Below, in pieces: positions 1 through 9,037 of a stretch of 64,000 nucleotides of DNA (position 1 is the stretch's first letter; the number at the start of each line of letters is the position of its first letter). Both the position numbers and the translations under genes were made by a program. The DNA lies in the NCBI GenBank assembly GCA_036787775.1, contig DAIQOR010000001.1:30521-94520 (forward strand). Direction: 5' to 3'. The notes under the pieces are model-generated. The model saw nothing but the letters and a program-made list of their open reading frames with translations. It had not been told where the DNA came from and ran no database searches. This DNA is from a bacterium. GTDB taxonomy: Archaea; Nanobdellota; Nanobdellia; Pacearchaeales; GW2011-AR1.

Positions 1-25
1 TAAAATATCTTTTTTCTAAATTTAT

Positions 26-1180
26 ATGAAAATAGCCCACATAAATATGTTTTATCTTCCGACTTTTGGAGGGGTTGAAAAAGTGATGCAAGAGCTTGCA
101 GAACGTCAAGTAAAAGAGGGGCACGAAGTTCATGTCTATTGTTGTGATTCAGATAAATATAAAAGAATTGAGAAAAAAGAAGAAACAATAAACGGGGTGA
201 AAATACACCGGTTGCCCTACTGGATGAGGCTATCTTTAAACACATTTGTTTGGCCCTCTCTTTTATGGAGAGTAAAAGAAAAATTTGACATTTTACACAC
301 GCATGTGTCAGGCCACGATTATGTTTTATTTGCAGGAATCTTAGCAAAATTACAAAGTGCCAAACATGTTCACACAACGCATTGCCCCTGGACAGATTCA
401 TCATTTCGTCCAAAAATTTTAAGGCCTTTCATTTTTTTGAATGATTTATTTTTTAATAAATTGTCATTTAAATTAACAGATAAAATTTTTTCAATTACAC
501 CTTGGGAAGTTCCAATTTTAAAAAAATATTGCGAAGAAGAAAAAATAAAAGTTATTCCGAATGGCATGGATGAAATTCTTTTTAAAAAAATAAAAAATAA
601 TAATTTTAGAAAAAGAAACAAAATTACAGAAAAATATTTAGTTTTATTTTTTGGAAGATTAAATCCCACAAAAGGTCCAGAAAAGTTAGTACAGGTAGCA
701 ATTAATATTTCTAAAAAAAGAAAGGACATAGCTTTTGTGTGGGTCGGTCCAGATGAAGGCAAAGCAGAAGAAGTAAAAAGTTTAATTAAATCTCATAAAA
801 ATATGAAATATCTTGGGCCAATTCTGGGAAAGGAAAACATAGCCGAGATGTATCAATCCGCAAATGTTTATGTTCTTCCGAGTTACAGGGAAGGGTTACC
901 TTTAACATTATTCGAAGCGATGGCCTCTGGGCTCCCAATAGTTGCTTCTCCAGTAAATGGAATTCCTTATGAAATGAAAGAACCAGATAATGGATTTTTT
1001 GCTGAATACGGAAATCTTAAAGAACTCGAAAAAAATATTTTAAAAATTTTAGATAACCCCCAATTAGCAAAAAAAATATCCACAAAAAACATCCAAAAAT
1101 CTAAGCAATATTCTTGGGATTTAATTTCAAAAAATTACTTAAATGAATATAAAAACTTAAAAACGAAATTAAAGAGGTAA
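26..1180 (+). CDS. Glycosyltransferase family 4 (GT-B, retaining)
   Basis: C-terminal GT4 signature EGLPLTLFEAMASGLPIVAS (E-x7-E motif), 384 aa; first gene of glycosylation locus. Confidence 0.75.
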   Translation: MKIAHINMFYLPTFGGVEKVMQELAERQVKEGHEVHVYCCDSDKYKRIEKKEETINGVKIHRLPYWMRLSLNTFVWPSLLWRVKEKFDILHTHVSGHDYVLFAGILAKLQSAKHVHTTHCPWTDSSFRPKILRPFIFLNDLFFNKLSFKLTDKIFSITPWEVPILKKYCEEEKIKVIPNGMDEILFKKIKNNNFRKRNKITEKYLVLFFGRLNPTKGPEKLVQVAINISKKRKDIAFVWVGPDEGKAEEVKSLIKSHKNMKYLGPILGKENIAEMYQSANVYVLPSYREGLPLTLFEAMASGLPIVASPVNGIPYEMKEPDNGFFAEYGNLKELEKNILKILDNPQLAKKISTKNIQKSKQYSWDLISKNYLNEYKNLKTKLKR

Positions 1181-1184
1181 CTCT

Positions 1185-2726
1185 ATGAAAATAACGCTAA
1201 TTTCTACTTCCACTTTTCCCTCAGACCAAGGAATAAGAACAATCTCTGCAGTTTTGAAAAGAGAAAGTCATGAAGTAAAAATAATCTTCATGACTTTAGG
1301 CGAAGACTATTCCAGAAACTATTACGAAAAAGAATTATTACAACTTGAGAGATTATGCACGGGGAGCGATTTAATTGGGATAAATGCTTTTGCTTCGACA
1401 TCCGAAAGGGCAAAAAAAATAATAAAATTTCTAAAAAGCAAAATTCCAATTCCAATTATTTATGGAGGAGTACATCCAACACTTTTTCCAGAGAAATGCA
1501 TCGAGTTTGCAGATATGGTCTGCGTAGGAGAAGGGGAGGAAGCAATTATAGAATTAGTTAATGCTCTTGAAAAAGGAAAATCCATAAGTGAAATAAAAAA
1601 TATTTGGTCCAAAGAAAAAAGGGGGAAAATAATAACAAATACAGTTAGGAATTTATTGGATGAAATTGACAAATTACCTCTTCCAGATTATGATTTAGAA
1701 GATCATTATATCCTAAAAAATCAATCAATAAGGAAATTTAAAGAATCAGATTTAGTTGGACAAGTTTTATTTTTAACCGGAAGAGGTTGTCCTTATGGAT
1801 GCGATTATTGTAGCAATAGTTGTTTCAATGAACTTTACAAAGGAAAAAGAAAAAAAATACTCAGATTACATTCACCAAAATATATTATCGAAGGAATTTT
1901 ATATTTCAAAAAAAAGTTCAAGACATTAGGGTATTTTGATATTCGGGATGATACTTTTTCCATGAGACCCTTAGAAAACATAAAAGAATTTTGTAAACTT
2001 TACAAAGAAAGGGTAAACATGAGATTCAAATGTTTAGGAGACCCACACACTATCGACGACGAAAAAATAAAATTATTAGTAGATACAGGATGTACAGATA
2101 TAATCATTGGAATTCAAGGAAGTGAAAAAACAAACAAAGAAATTTATCATAGGAATCAAACAGATAGCGATGTTTTAAGGTCGGCAAAAATTTTACACAA
2201 ATATAAAGATAAGCTTGCAGTGATGTATGATATTATTGCATGTAACCCCTATGATAAGCCAGAATACATTTTAGATTTAATTGATTTAGTAAGAAAAATT
2301 CCCAAACCTTATTTTTTATCCGTCAATAATTTGGTTTTTTTCCCCGGTTCAGCTTTGTATAATCGTGCAAAAAGAGATGGATTGATAAAAACAGAAAAAG
2401 ATGCAGCATACCAATTAAATTATTGGGATAGAGCAAAGCACATAAAATTAAAAGGTAATAATGTTTATCTAAATTTAATTTTGAATTTAATGAGAGGAGC
2501 TGCTAAAGAAAATAGAATTGGTTTTTTACCTAATTTTTTGATGGATTGGGCATTGAAACCAGAAAGGGTTAAGTATCATCTTAAGCACCCAGCATTTTCA
2601 TATTTAGTTCTTTCAATTATTGAAATATATGATAATTTAAGAGAAAGAATATTAAAACCAATTTTTAGAGCTTTACCATTAAGTTTCAAAATATGGCATG
2701 ATAAAGTTAGATACCATTTCAAATAA
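1185..2726 (+). CDS. Cobalamin(B12)-binding domain radical SAM protein
   Basis: N-terminal B12-binding-like Rossmann segment followed by radical SAM CxxxCxxC (GCPYGCDYCSNS); 513 aa. Confidence 0.7.
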   Translation: MKITLISTSTFPSDQGIRTISAVLKRESHEVKIIFMTLGEDYSRNYYEKELLQLERLCTGSDLIGINAFASTSERAKKIIKFLKSKIPIPIIYGGVHPTLFPEKCIEFADMVCVGEGEEAIIELVNALEKGKSISEIKNIWSKEKRGKIITNTVRNLLDEIDKLPLPDYDLEDHYILKNQSIRKFKESDLVGQVLFLTGRGCPYGCDYCSNSCFNELYKGKRKKILRLHSPKYIIEGILYFKKKFKTLGYFDIRDDTFSMRPLENIKEFCKLYKERVNMRFKCLGDPHTIDDEKIKLLVDTGCTDIIIGIQGSEKTNKEIYHRNQTDSDVLRSAKILHKYKDKLAVMYDIIACNPYDKPEYILDLIDLVRKIPKPYFLSVNNLVFFPGSALYNRAKRDGLIKTEKDAAYQLNYWDRAKHIKLKGNNVYLNLILNLMRGAAKENRIGFLPNFLMDWALKPERVKYHLKHPAFSYLVLSIIEIYDNLRERILKPIFRALPLSFKIWHDKVRYHFK

Positions 2727-3417
2727 TTCTTTCAAAATATTCAGTCACATCCTCAACACCTGCCCAATGAAACCCTGCCTGCCTCAATTTACAAGCTAAA
2801 CAAAATCCACAATGTTTTTCCTTTCCAACATAACAACTAAAAGTTTTTTTAAAATCAACACCTAATTTTTTACCTATCAAAATAATATCTTCTTTATCTT
2901 TTTTTATCAGCGGAGCTTTTATTTCAAAATTCCCCGAACAACCAATCTTCGCAAGGCGATTTATTTCTCGAACAAATTCTTTTGTTGTGTCTGGATAACT
3001 TTCATCACCTTCGCATTTGAATCCCACAAAAATATCACAGTTTTCCTTATTTTTCACAAATCTCGATTCCGCAAGTGCAAGAGCATAAGTCAAAAAAATC
3101 GTGTTCCGACAAGGCACATAATATTTTTCCGATTCCTCTTTTGTGTCCTTCAAATCTTTTTTACTAAGTTTTTTTATTTCACCTTCTTTATTAATTAATG
3201 AACCCGAGATTTCTCCCAACCAATCCAATTTTATCTCTTCAAATTCAGCCCCAAGATTTTCAGCACAACTTTTTGAACATTTTCTCTCTGAATCCAAGGA
3301 TTTTTGTCCATAATTAAAAAAAAGCACCAAAAGCTCATAACCCGCGTTTTTCGCGAAATAAGCGGTTGTAACGCTATCAATTCCTCCCGAGCACAGAATT
3401 ATTGCCTTCTTCTTCAT
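2719..3417 (-). CDS. queC: 7-cyano-7-deazaguanine synthase QueC (PP-loop ATPase)
   Basis: N-terminal PP-loop ILCSGGIDSVTTAYF and C-terminal Zn-site C-x7-C-x2-C-x2-C (SCYVGKEKHCGFCLAC). Confidence 0.7.
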   Translation of the reverse strand: MKKKAIILCSGGIDSVTTAYFAKNAGYELLVLFFNYGQKSLDSERKCSKSCAENLGAEFEEIKLDWLGEISGSLINKEGEIKKLSKKDLKDTKEESEKYYVPCRNTIFLTYALALAESRFVKNKENCDIFVGFKCEGDESYPDTTKEFVREINRLAKIGCSGNFEIKAPLIKKDKEDIILIGKKLGVDFKKTFSCYVGKEKHCGFCLACKLRQAGFHWAGVEDVTEYFERII

Positions 3418-3466
3418 AGTATTTCATCTCGGCAAACTTTATAAGTTTTAATTATTCTCCCTCTCT

Positions 3467-3661
3467 ATGAAAAAGAAAGCAAGTGAACTAACAAAAGGTG
3501 ATAAAATAAATTTAGCGAATAAGTCTTTTGTAATAAAAGAGTTCGAACTTTCTGAAATCGGAAAACACGGCAAGCGAAAATGTCGTATTGAAGCAGAATC
3601 CGAACAAGGCGAAAAGATAACAATTATCCGTCCGGAAGACTATCCAGTAGAGACCCTATGA
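3467..3661 (+). CDS. eIF-5A-like mini-protein (N-terminal SH3-like domain only; hypusine-loop-like GKHGK)
   Basis: 64 aa; TKGDKINL...SEIGKHGKRKCRIEAE closely parallels the aIF5A in this window (SKTGKHGHAKCRIEAM); stop TGA overlaps start of downstream GT2 (ATGA). Confidence 0.5.
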   Translation: MKKKASELTKGDKINLANKSFVIKEFELSEIGKHGKRKCRIEAESEQGEKITIIRPEDYPVETL

Positions 3662-4563
3662 TTAATATTATAATCACTTCCTACAACGAACCCAAAGCAA
3701 CCCTTCGGGCGGTAAAAACATTTTTAGACCAAAAAATTAAAGAAGATTTCAAAATAATTGTGGTAGACCCTTTCCAAGAAACAGAAGATTTTCTTAAAAA
3801 AAATATTAAAGATAAACGAGTAAACTTTTTTTTAGATCCGGGAGAGGGAAAAAGTTACGCACTAAATTTGTTATTCCAAGAAAATTTTTCTGAAAATAAA
3901 AACGATTTATTTATTCTAACTGATGGAGATGTTTACGTCTCAGAAAATTCCTTAAATGAAATAATAAAAGCATTCAAGGCTAAAGAAGTCGGATGTGTTG
4001 CAGGAAAACCCACAACTCTAGACTCAAAAAAAACAAAATATGGTTTCTGGTCTCACTTCGCGTTTGAAGGAATCCATCAAGCAAGAAAAAAATTATCCGA
4101 AAATAAAAAATTCTTTGAATGCTCGGGATATTTATTTGCCATAAGAAATTCAGTCCTATTTGACTTTCCTTTGGAATCTTCCGAAGATTCAATAATCCCT
4201 TATTTATTTTGGGAAAAAGGTTACAAAATAAAATATGTTCCAGAAGCAGAAGTTTATGTGAAAAATCCAGACAATTGGAAAGATTGGTTAAATCAAAAAG
4301 TAAGGAACATTAAAGGTCACGAAAATTTAAACAAAATCGCTCCCAACATGCCACGAACTAAATCTCTATTTAACGAAATAAAACATGGATGGAATTTTTT
4401 ATTTTTTTATCCAAAGAACATCCAAGAATTATTCTGGACAATTCAATTATACTTCGCAAGGTTATACCTTTATTTCAAAGCCTTCAAAGAATTAAGATTA
4501 AACAAAAAATATTCCGATGGTTGGAGAGAAACCGAAATAAATTCCACAAAACCTTTAGATTAA
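3658..4563 (+). CDS. Glycosyltransferase family 2 (GT-A)
   Basis: IIITSYNEP N-terminus, DxD-like TDGDVYV, 301 aa. Confidence 0.7.
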   Translation: MINIIITSYNEPKATLRAVKTFLDQKIKEDFKIIVVDPFQETEDFLKKNIKDKRVNFFLDPGEGKSYALNLLFQENFSENKNDLFILTDGDVYVSENSLNEIIKAFKAKEVGCVAGKPTTLDSKKTKYGFWSHFAFEGIHQARKKLSENKKFFECSGYLFAIRNSVLFDFPLESSEDSIIPYLFWEKGYKIKYVPEAEVYVKNPDNWKDWLNQKVRNIKGHENLNKIAPNMPRTKSLFNEIKHGWNFLFFYPKNIQELFWTIQLYFARLYLYFKAFKELRLNKKYSDGWRETEINSTKPLD

Positions 4564-4962
4564 TTTTTTTAGCGCTTTTTTTAACTCTTCAACTGACTCA
4601 AAAATTTTCATAGAACCAATTAAAATTGCGCTCAAATATTCAATTGCATTTTCAACCGGCTCGTCAGTTTTTATTCCAAAAGTAGGCACGCCTTTCGCAT
4701 AAGCATAACCAATCTCCCAAGCAGTTCCAGCACCAACATGAAGCCCGTCAAGATTTGCCAAAACGAAATCACAATTTTCAAAACCTTTAATTATATCTCC
4801 TTCGAAAATTTTTTTTACATCTTGAACCTCGCTATATAATCCAACATCTCTATGGGGCAAAAAAGTTTCAAAACCCAAAGATTCGCACAATTCAGCAAGA
4901 ACTTCCAATCGTTCTCTTTCTGTCTTGTTCGTCAATTTTCCCGCAATATACACTTTCTTCAT
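4555..4962 (-). CDS. Nucleoside 2-deoxyribosyltransferase-like protein (PF05014-like)
   Basis: MKKVYIAGKL... and DGLHVGAGTAWEIGYAYAKGVP motif typical of NDT-like Rossmann family; 135 aa. Confidence 0.55.
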   Translation of the reverse strand: MKKVYIAGKLTNKTERERLEVLAELCESLGFETFLPHRDVGLYSEVQDVKKIFEGDIIKGFENCDFVLANLDGLHVGAGTAWEIGYAYAKGVPTFGIKTDEPVENAIEYLSAILIGSMKIFESVEELKKALKKLI

Positions 4963-4995
4963 AAACCTTATATAACGAACCCCGTTTTAAAGTTT

Positions 4996-6357
4996 ATGAA
5001 GCTTGTAATAATTAAATTAGGCGCATTAGGAGATGTAGTCCGAACGCTCCCTTTAGCAAAAGCGCTAAAACAAAAATATCCCGAGGCAGAATTAACCTGG
5101 ATAACAAATCCAAATGCAATCACAATTTTGGAAAATAATCCCCATATAGATAAAATTTATTCTTCAAATGAAGAAATTTCAGAAACATTTGATAAATTAT
5201 ATAATTTTGATATTGATGATGAAGCAACAAATTTATCATCCAATATTGAATCAAAAGAAAAGTTCGGATTTTACAATTCAGACGGATTTGTTTCAGCTTT
5301 TAATTTAGGTGCAGAATATTACCTAAACACACTTTTTGATGATGAACTAAAAAAGGAAAATAAAAAAACTTATCAAGAGATGATGTTTATGGTTGCCGAA
5401 ATTCCTTATAATCAAGAACACGAGACAATTTATTTGACCAAGGAAGAAATAAAATATGGAAAAAAATTTATTCAAGAAAATAAACTTTTTGAAAAGAAAA
5501 TAATCGGAATAAATATTGGAGCTTCCTCAAGGTGGCCATCAAAAAAATTACATGAAGAAAATTTAAAAGAATTAATAAAAAAATTATCTAAACACGAAAA
5601 TCACATAATTCTTTTAGGAGGTCCAAACGAAGTTGAATATCTTGAAACAATTCATAAAGAATTTCAAGAGTTTCCAAATATAATCAAAAATAATCCTTCA
5701 AATTCTCTAAAAGAATTTACCTCAATAATCAATATCTGCGACGAATTAATTTGTGGAGATACTTTAGCACTACATCTTTCAATCGCGCTAAAAAAACCAA
5801 CAATTGGATTATTTTTCTGTACATCTCATTCCGAAGTTGAAGATTATAATCTACTTAAAAAAATAATTTCTCCAAAATTTGATGAATTTTTTCCAGAGAA
5901 GATGGATCAATATGATGAAGAGTTAGTAAAAAGTATTTCCTGCGAGATGATTTTAAATTCATTAAATAAACCTGTTAAAGTAGCAAATGCCATGATAAAA
6001 AATGGAGACAAATTTTTAGTAATCAAAAGAAAAGATGAAGAAATTCATGCAGGGAAATGGATGTTTCCTGGAGGAGTTTTAGAAGATAATGAAAATTTTG
6101 AAGAAGCATTAAAAAGAGAAATAAAAGAAGAAGTTGGTTTAGAAATAAATCAAATAATAAAAGAAATATCAAATTATAAATACCTTCGACCTGACGGAAA
6201 AATTACCCTTGGAAAAAGTTATTTAGTTAATACAGAAGATTTTAATGTTGAAACTAATGGAGAAGTCGAAGATTTTAAATGGGTGACTTTAGAAGAATTC
6301 GAAAAATTAGATTCAATAGAAGGTTTGGCGGAAGAATTATTAGATACTTTTGAATAA
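4996..6357 (+). CDS. GT9 (heptosyltransferase-like) glycosyltransferase fused to C-terminal Nudix hydrolase domain
   Basis: Start moved to internal ATG (MKLVIIKLGALGDVVRTLP = GT9 N-terminal signature); C-terminal Nudix box GGVLEDNENFEEALKREIKEEVGLE (GX5EX7REUXEEXGU). ORF-track start 4852 overlaps the convergent gene. Confidence 0.65.
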   Translation: MKLVIIKLGALGDVVRTLPLAKALKQKYPEAELTWITNPNAITILENNPHIDKIYSSNEEISETFDKLYNFDIDDEATNLSSNIESKEKFGFYNSDGFVSAFNLGAEYYLNTLFDDELKKENKKTYQEMMFMVAEIPYNQEHETIYLTKEEIKYGKKFIQENKLFEKKIIGINIGASSRWPSKKLHEENLKELIKKLSKHENHIILLGGPNEVEYLETIHKEFQEFPNIIKNNPSNSLKEFTSIINICDELICGDTLALHLSIALKKPTIGLFFCTSHSEVEDYNLLKKIISPKFDEFFPEKMDQYDEELVKSISCEMILNSLNKPVKVANAMIKNGDKFLVIKRKDEEIHAGKWMFPGGVLEDNENFEEALKREIKEEVGLEINQIIKEISNYKYLRPDGKITLGKSYLVNTEDFNVETNGEVEDFKWVTLEEFEKLDSIEGLAEELLDTFE

Positions 6358-6391
6358 AAACAAATAAAAACGCTTTTTGGCTAAATTTATT

Positions 6392-7924
6392 ATGGACGAA
6401 ACTCAGAAAGAATTAGAAAATAGAAAAAAGAAAATTCTAAACAAAATTATTCCCTTCATGAAGGAACCACTAAATCTTGCTTTAGTTACAGTTTTATTAT
6501 TCGCATTTGTCTTAAGATTATATTATTTCATAAAAGTAGGAAACCAGCCTCTTTGGTGGGATGAACTTTGTTATGGAAGTTTAGCAAAAAATTTTATAAC
6601 ACACACGTGGGATAGCACAACCTTAATCTTAGGAGAAACGGCAATAAGGCCAGTCCTTTTTCCCTTACTTTGGTCAATTCTTTTAAGAGTCGGAATTCCA
6701 GAAGGAGGAGTAAGATTTTTTTTAGAGTTTATTCCTTCAATTCTTTCTGTATTTTTTGTTTATCTAATTGGCAAAGAAACATTTAATAAAAGGGTAGGGA
6801 TTATATCCGCATTTATTTTTTCAGTTTTATGGATACACTTATTTTATACAGTTAGATTATTAACACATGCCCCCGCACTAGTATTTTTATTTTCCAGCAT
6901 ATATTTGTTTATGAAAGCTACGGAAACAAAATTTAATTTCAATCTTTTCACCATATCATTAATCCTTCTTTCTCTCAGCACATTAATGAGATATCCAAAG
7001 GGAATAATTTTCTTTGTGTATTTATTTATGTTGGTAATAGATAAAAAATTACTATTAAAAAATTTCAAATTTTGGAAAGCGGGCATTTTAGGAATCTCTC
7101 CAATGATCGTGTTTTTTATTTATAATTTTGTAAAATACCAAAATATATTTCCTGCCCTTTTAGGAGGAGGATATCTGGATAAAGGGGGATCCCCCCTTAT
7201 TAAACCGATTGCGTTTAATCTTTTAAATTTTATTCCAGTTTATCTTAAAACAACTTTCTTTATATTTTTCTTAATTGGTTTATTGTTAATTTTATTTGAA
7301 TTAATCACAGGATACAATTTAATACCAAAGATAAAAAAACTGAAAAATAGTCTAATTTTAATTTTAATTTTAATTTTAATTTATTCATTTTTCATATTTT
7401 ATATGCGAGCTGCTGAAGATAGATGGTTATTTCCAACAATTTTACCATTAGCAATTATAACTTCTTTAGGAATTGATTTTGTCTATAATCAAATAAAAAA
7501 ATATAACAAACAAATAGCAGTCTTATGCGTGATTCTTATTTTAGGATTTGGAGCTTATTCGCAATTAACTTTTGCAGATTCGCTGATAAAAGGAAAGCAA
7601 GAAAGTTACCTTCAGATGAGACAGGCATTCGAATGGATAGGTTCTAACACCCCTGAAGATTCAATCATAGCCGGTTTAGGGATAGAACCTTATACTGTTT
7701 ACTATGCAAAAAGAGATTATATCAATCTCCCCCAGAATTATTCGGAAGTTGGAGTGGCTTTGGAGGCAGATTATCTTGTAGCACATCTTTTTGCGGGAAA
7801 TCCTCCAAAATATTTAAGTGAATATCTTTCTGAAAATCAAGATATTTGGCAGCCCTTAAATGCCTGGTTTTTAGATGAAGCAAAAACTCAACCAGCAGTT
7901 ATTTTATATAAAAAGGTTCAATAG
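6392..7924 (+). CDS. GT-C fold membrane glycosyltransferase (ArnT/PMT-like, GT39/GT83-like)
   Basis: About 12 predicted TM helices, first-loop WWDE acidic motif; ORF track starts at TTG 6377, first ATG at 6392. Confidence 0.55.
   Translation: MDETQKELENRKKKILNKIIPFMKEPLNLALVTVLLFAFVLRLYYFIKVGNQPLWWDELCYGSLAKNFITHTWDSTTLILGETAIRPVLFPLLWSILLRVGIPEGGVRFFLEFIPSILSVFFVYLIGKETFNKRVGIISAFIFSVLWIHLFYTVRLLTHAPALVFLFSSIYLFMKATETKFNFNLFTISLILLSLSTLMRYPKGIIFFVYLFMLVIDKKLLLKNFKFWKAGILGISPMIVFFIYNFVKYQNIFPALLGGGYLDKGGSPLIKPIAFNLLNFIPVYLKTTFFIFFLIGLLLILFELITGYNLIPKIKKLKNSLILILILILIYSFFIFYMRAAEDRWLFPTILPLAIITSLGIDFVYNQIKKYNKQIAVLCVILILGFGAYSQLTFADSLIKGKQESYLQMRQAFEWIGSNTPEDSIIAGLGIEPYTVYYAKRDYINLPQNYSEVGVALEADYLVAHLFAGNPPKYLSEYLSENQDIWQPLNAWFLDEAKTQPAVILYKKVQ
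7354..7383 (+). repeat. Tandem hexanucleotide (aatttt)x4-5 inside GT-C gene, encoding (LI)n
   Basis: aattttaattttaattttaattttaattta read directly; in-frame. Confidence 0.8.
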
Positions 7925-7983
7925 GAAAAATATATTCTTTAGAGAACATAAATCTTTATTAATGAAGCTCATATTTTTCAAAT

Positions 7984-9036
7984 ATGAAAGTCTTGATAAC
8001 TGGCGGAGCAGGATTTATAGGAACTAACGCAGCAGAATTTTATGCTTCAAGAGGGGATGAAGTAGTTCTTTTTGATAATTTAAGTAGGAGAGGAAGCGAA
8101 GCAAATTTATCTTATTTAGAAAAAAGTTTAGGAGATAAAATAAATTTCATAGAAGGAGATATTAGAAATAGGTGGGACATTGAACGAGCTATTTGTAATA
8201 ACCGAGATACGGATTTGATTTTACATTTAGCTGCACAAGTCGCGGTAACAACTTCTGTAAATGACCCACGAGAGGATTTTGATATTAATGCTTTAGGAAC
8301 TTTTAATGTTTTGGAAGCCATGAGAAGTTTAAAAAATAAGTGCGGAGCAAGTCCCATTTTTATTTACGCCTCCACAAATAAAGTTTATGGGGGTATGGAA
8401 GATGTCGGAATAATCGAAAAAGATGGGAGATACACATATGAAAATTTACCAGAAGGAATTAACGAAGAAAGAGGTTTGGATTTTCATAGCCCTTATGGAT
8501 GTTCTAAGGGAACAGGTGATCAGTATGTAAGAGATTACTCTAGGATTTATTGTTTAGATACAATTGTAATGAGGCAATCTTGTATTTATGGAGAAAGACA
8601 ATTCGGGGTTGAAGATCAAGGTTGGTTGGCTTGGTTTACAATTGCACAAGCTTTAGGAAAACCAATAACTGTTTATGGGGACGGAAAGCAAGTACGAGAC
8701 GTTTTATGGGTTAATGATTTAATTGATGCTTACGAAAAAGCAAGACAGAATATAGAAAAAACTAAAGGACAAATATATAATCTTGGAGGGGGCCATAAAA
8801 ATCAACTTTCCTTATTAGAATCTTTTAGTTTACTTAAATCTTTATCTGGAAAAGATATTCCTTTAAAGTATGAAGGATGGAGGCCGGGGGACCAGAAAGT
8901 TTGTTTTATGGATATTTCTAAAGCAGAAAACGATTTTAAATGGAAACCCACAATCTCTCCTTCAGAAGGAATGAAAAAATTATATGATTGGGTGAATTCA
9001 AACAAATCCGAGATAGAAAAATATTTCCCAAATTAA
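7984..9036 (+). CDS. NAD-dependent sugar epimerase/dehydratase (extended SDR; CDP-paratose-2-epimerase / UDP-Glc-4-epimerase-like)
   Basis: VLITGGAGFIGTNAAEF Rossmann, YASTNKVYG and catalytic YxxxK-type region (SPYGCSKGTGDQYV). Confidence 0.7.
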   Translation: MKVLITGGAGFIGTNAAEFYASRGDEVVLFDNLSRRGSEANLSYLEKSLGDKINFIEGDIRNRWDIERAICNNRDTDLILHLAAQVAVTTSVNDPREDFDINALGTFNVLEAMRSLKNKCGASPIFIYASTNKVYGGMEDVGIIEKDGRYTYENLPEGINEERGLDFHSPYGCSKGTGDQYVRDYSRIYCLDTIVMRQSCIYGERQFGVEDQGWLAWFTIAQALGKPITVYGDGKQVRDVLWVNDLIDAYEKARQNIEKTKGQIYNLGGGHKNQLSLLESFSLLKSLSGKDIPLKYEGWRPGDQKVCFMDISKAENDFKWKPTISPSEGMKKLYDWVNSNKSEIEKYFPN

Positions 9037-9037
9037 A

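Noticed and set aside
2719-3417. QueC as part of a Dpd-type 7-deazaguanine DNA-modification system
   Set aside because: No dpdA/tgt-like, queD, queE or folE genes in the window; a lone queC is more simply explained by archaeosine or tRNA metabolism
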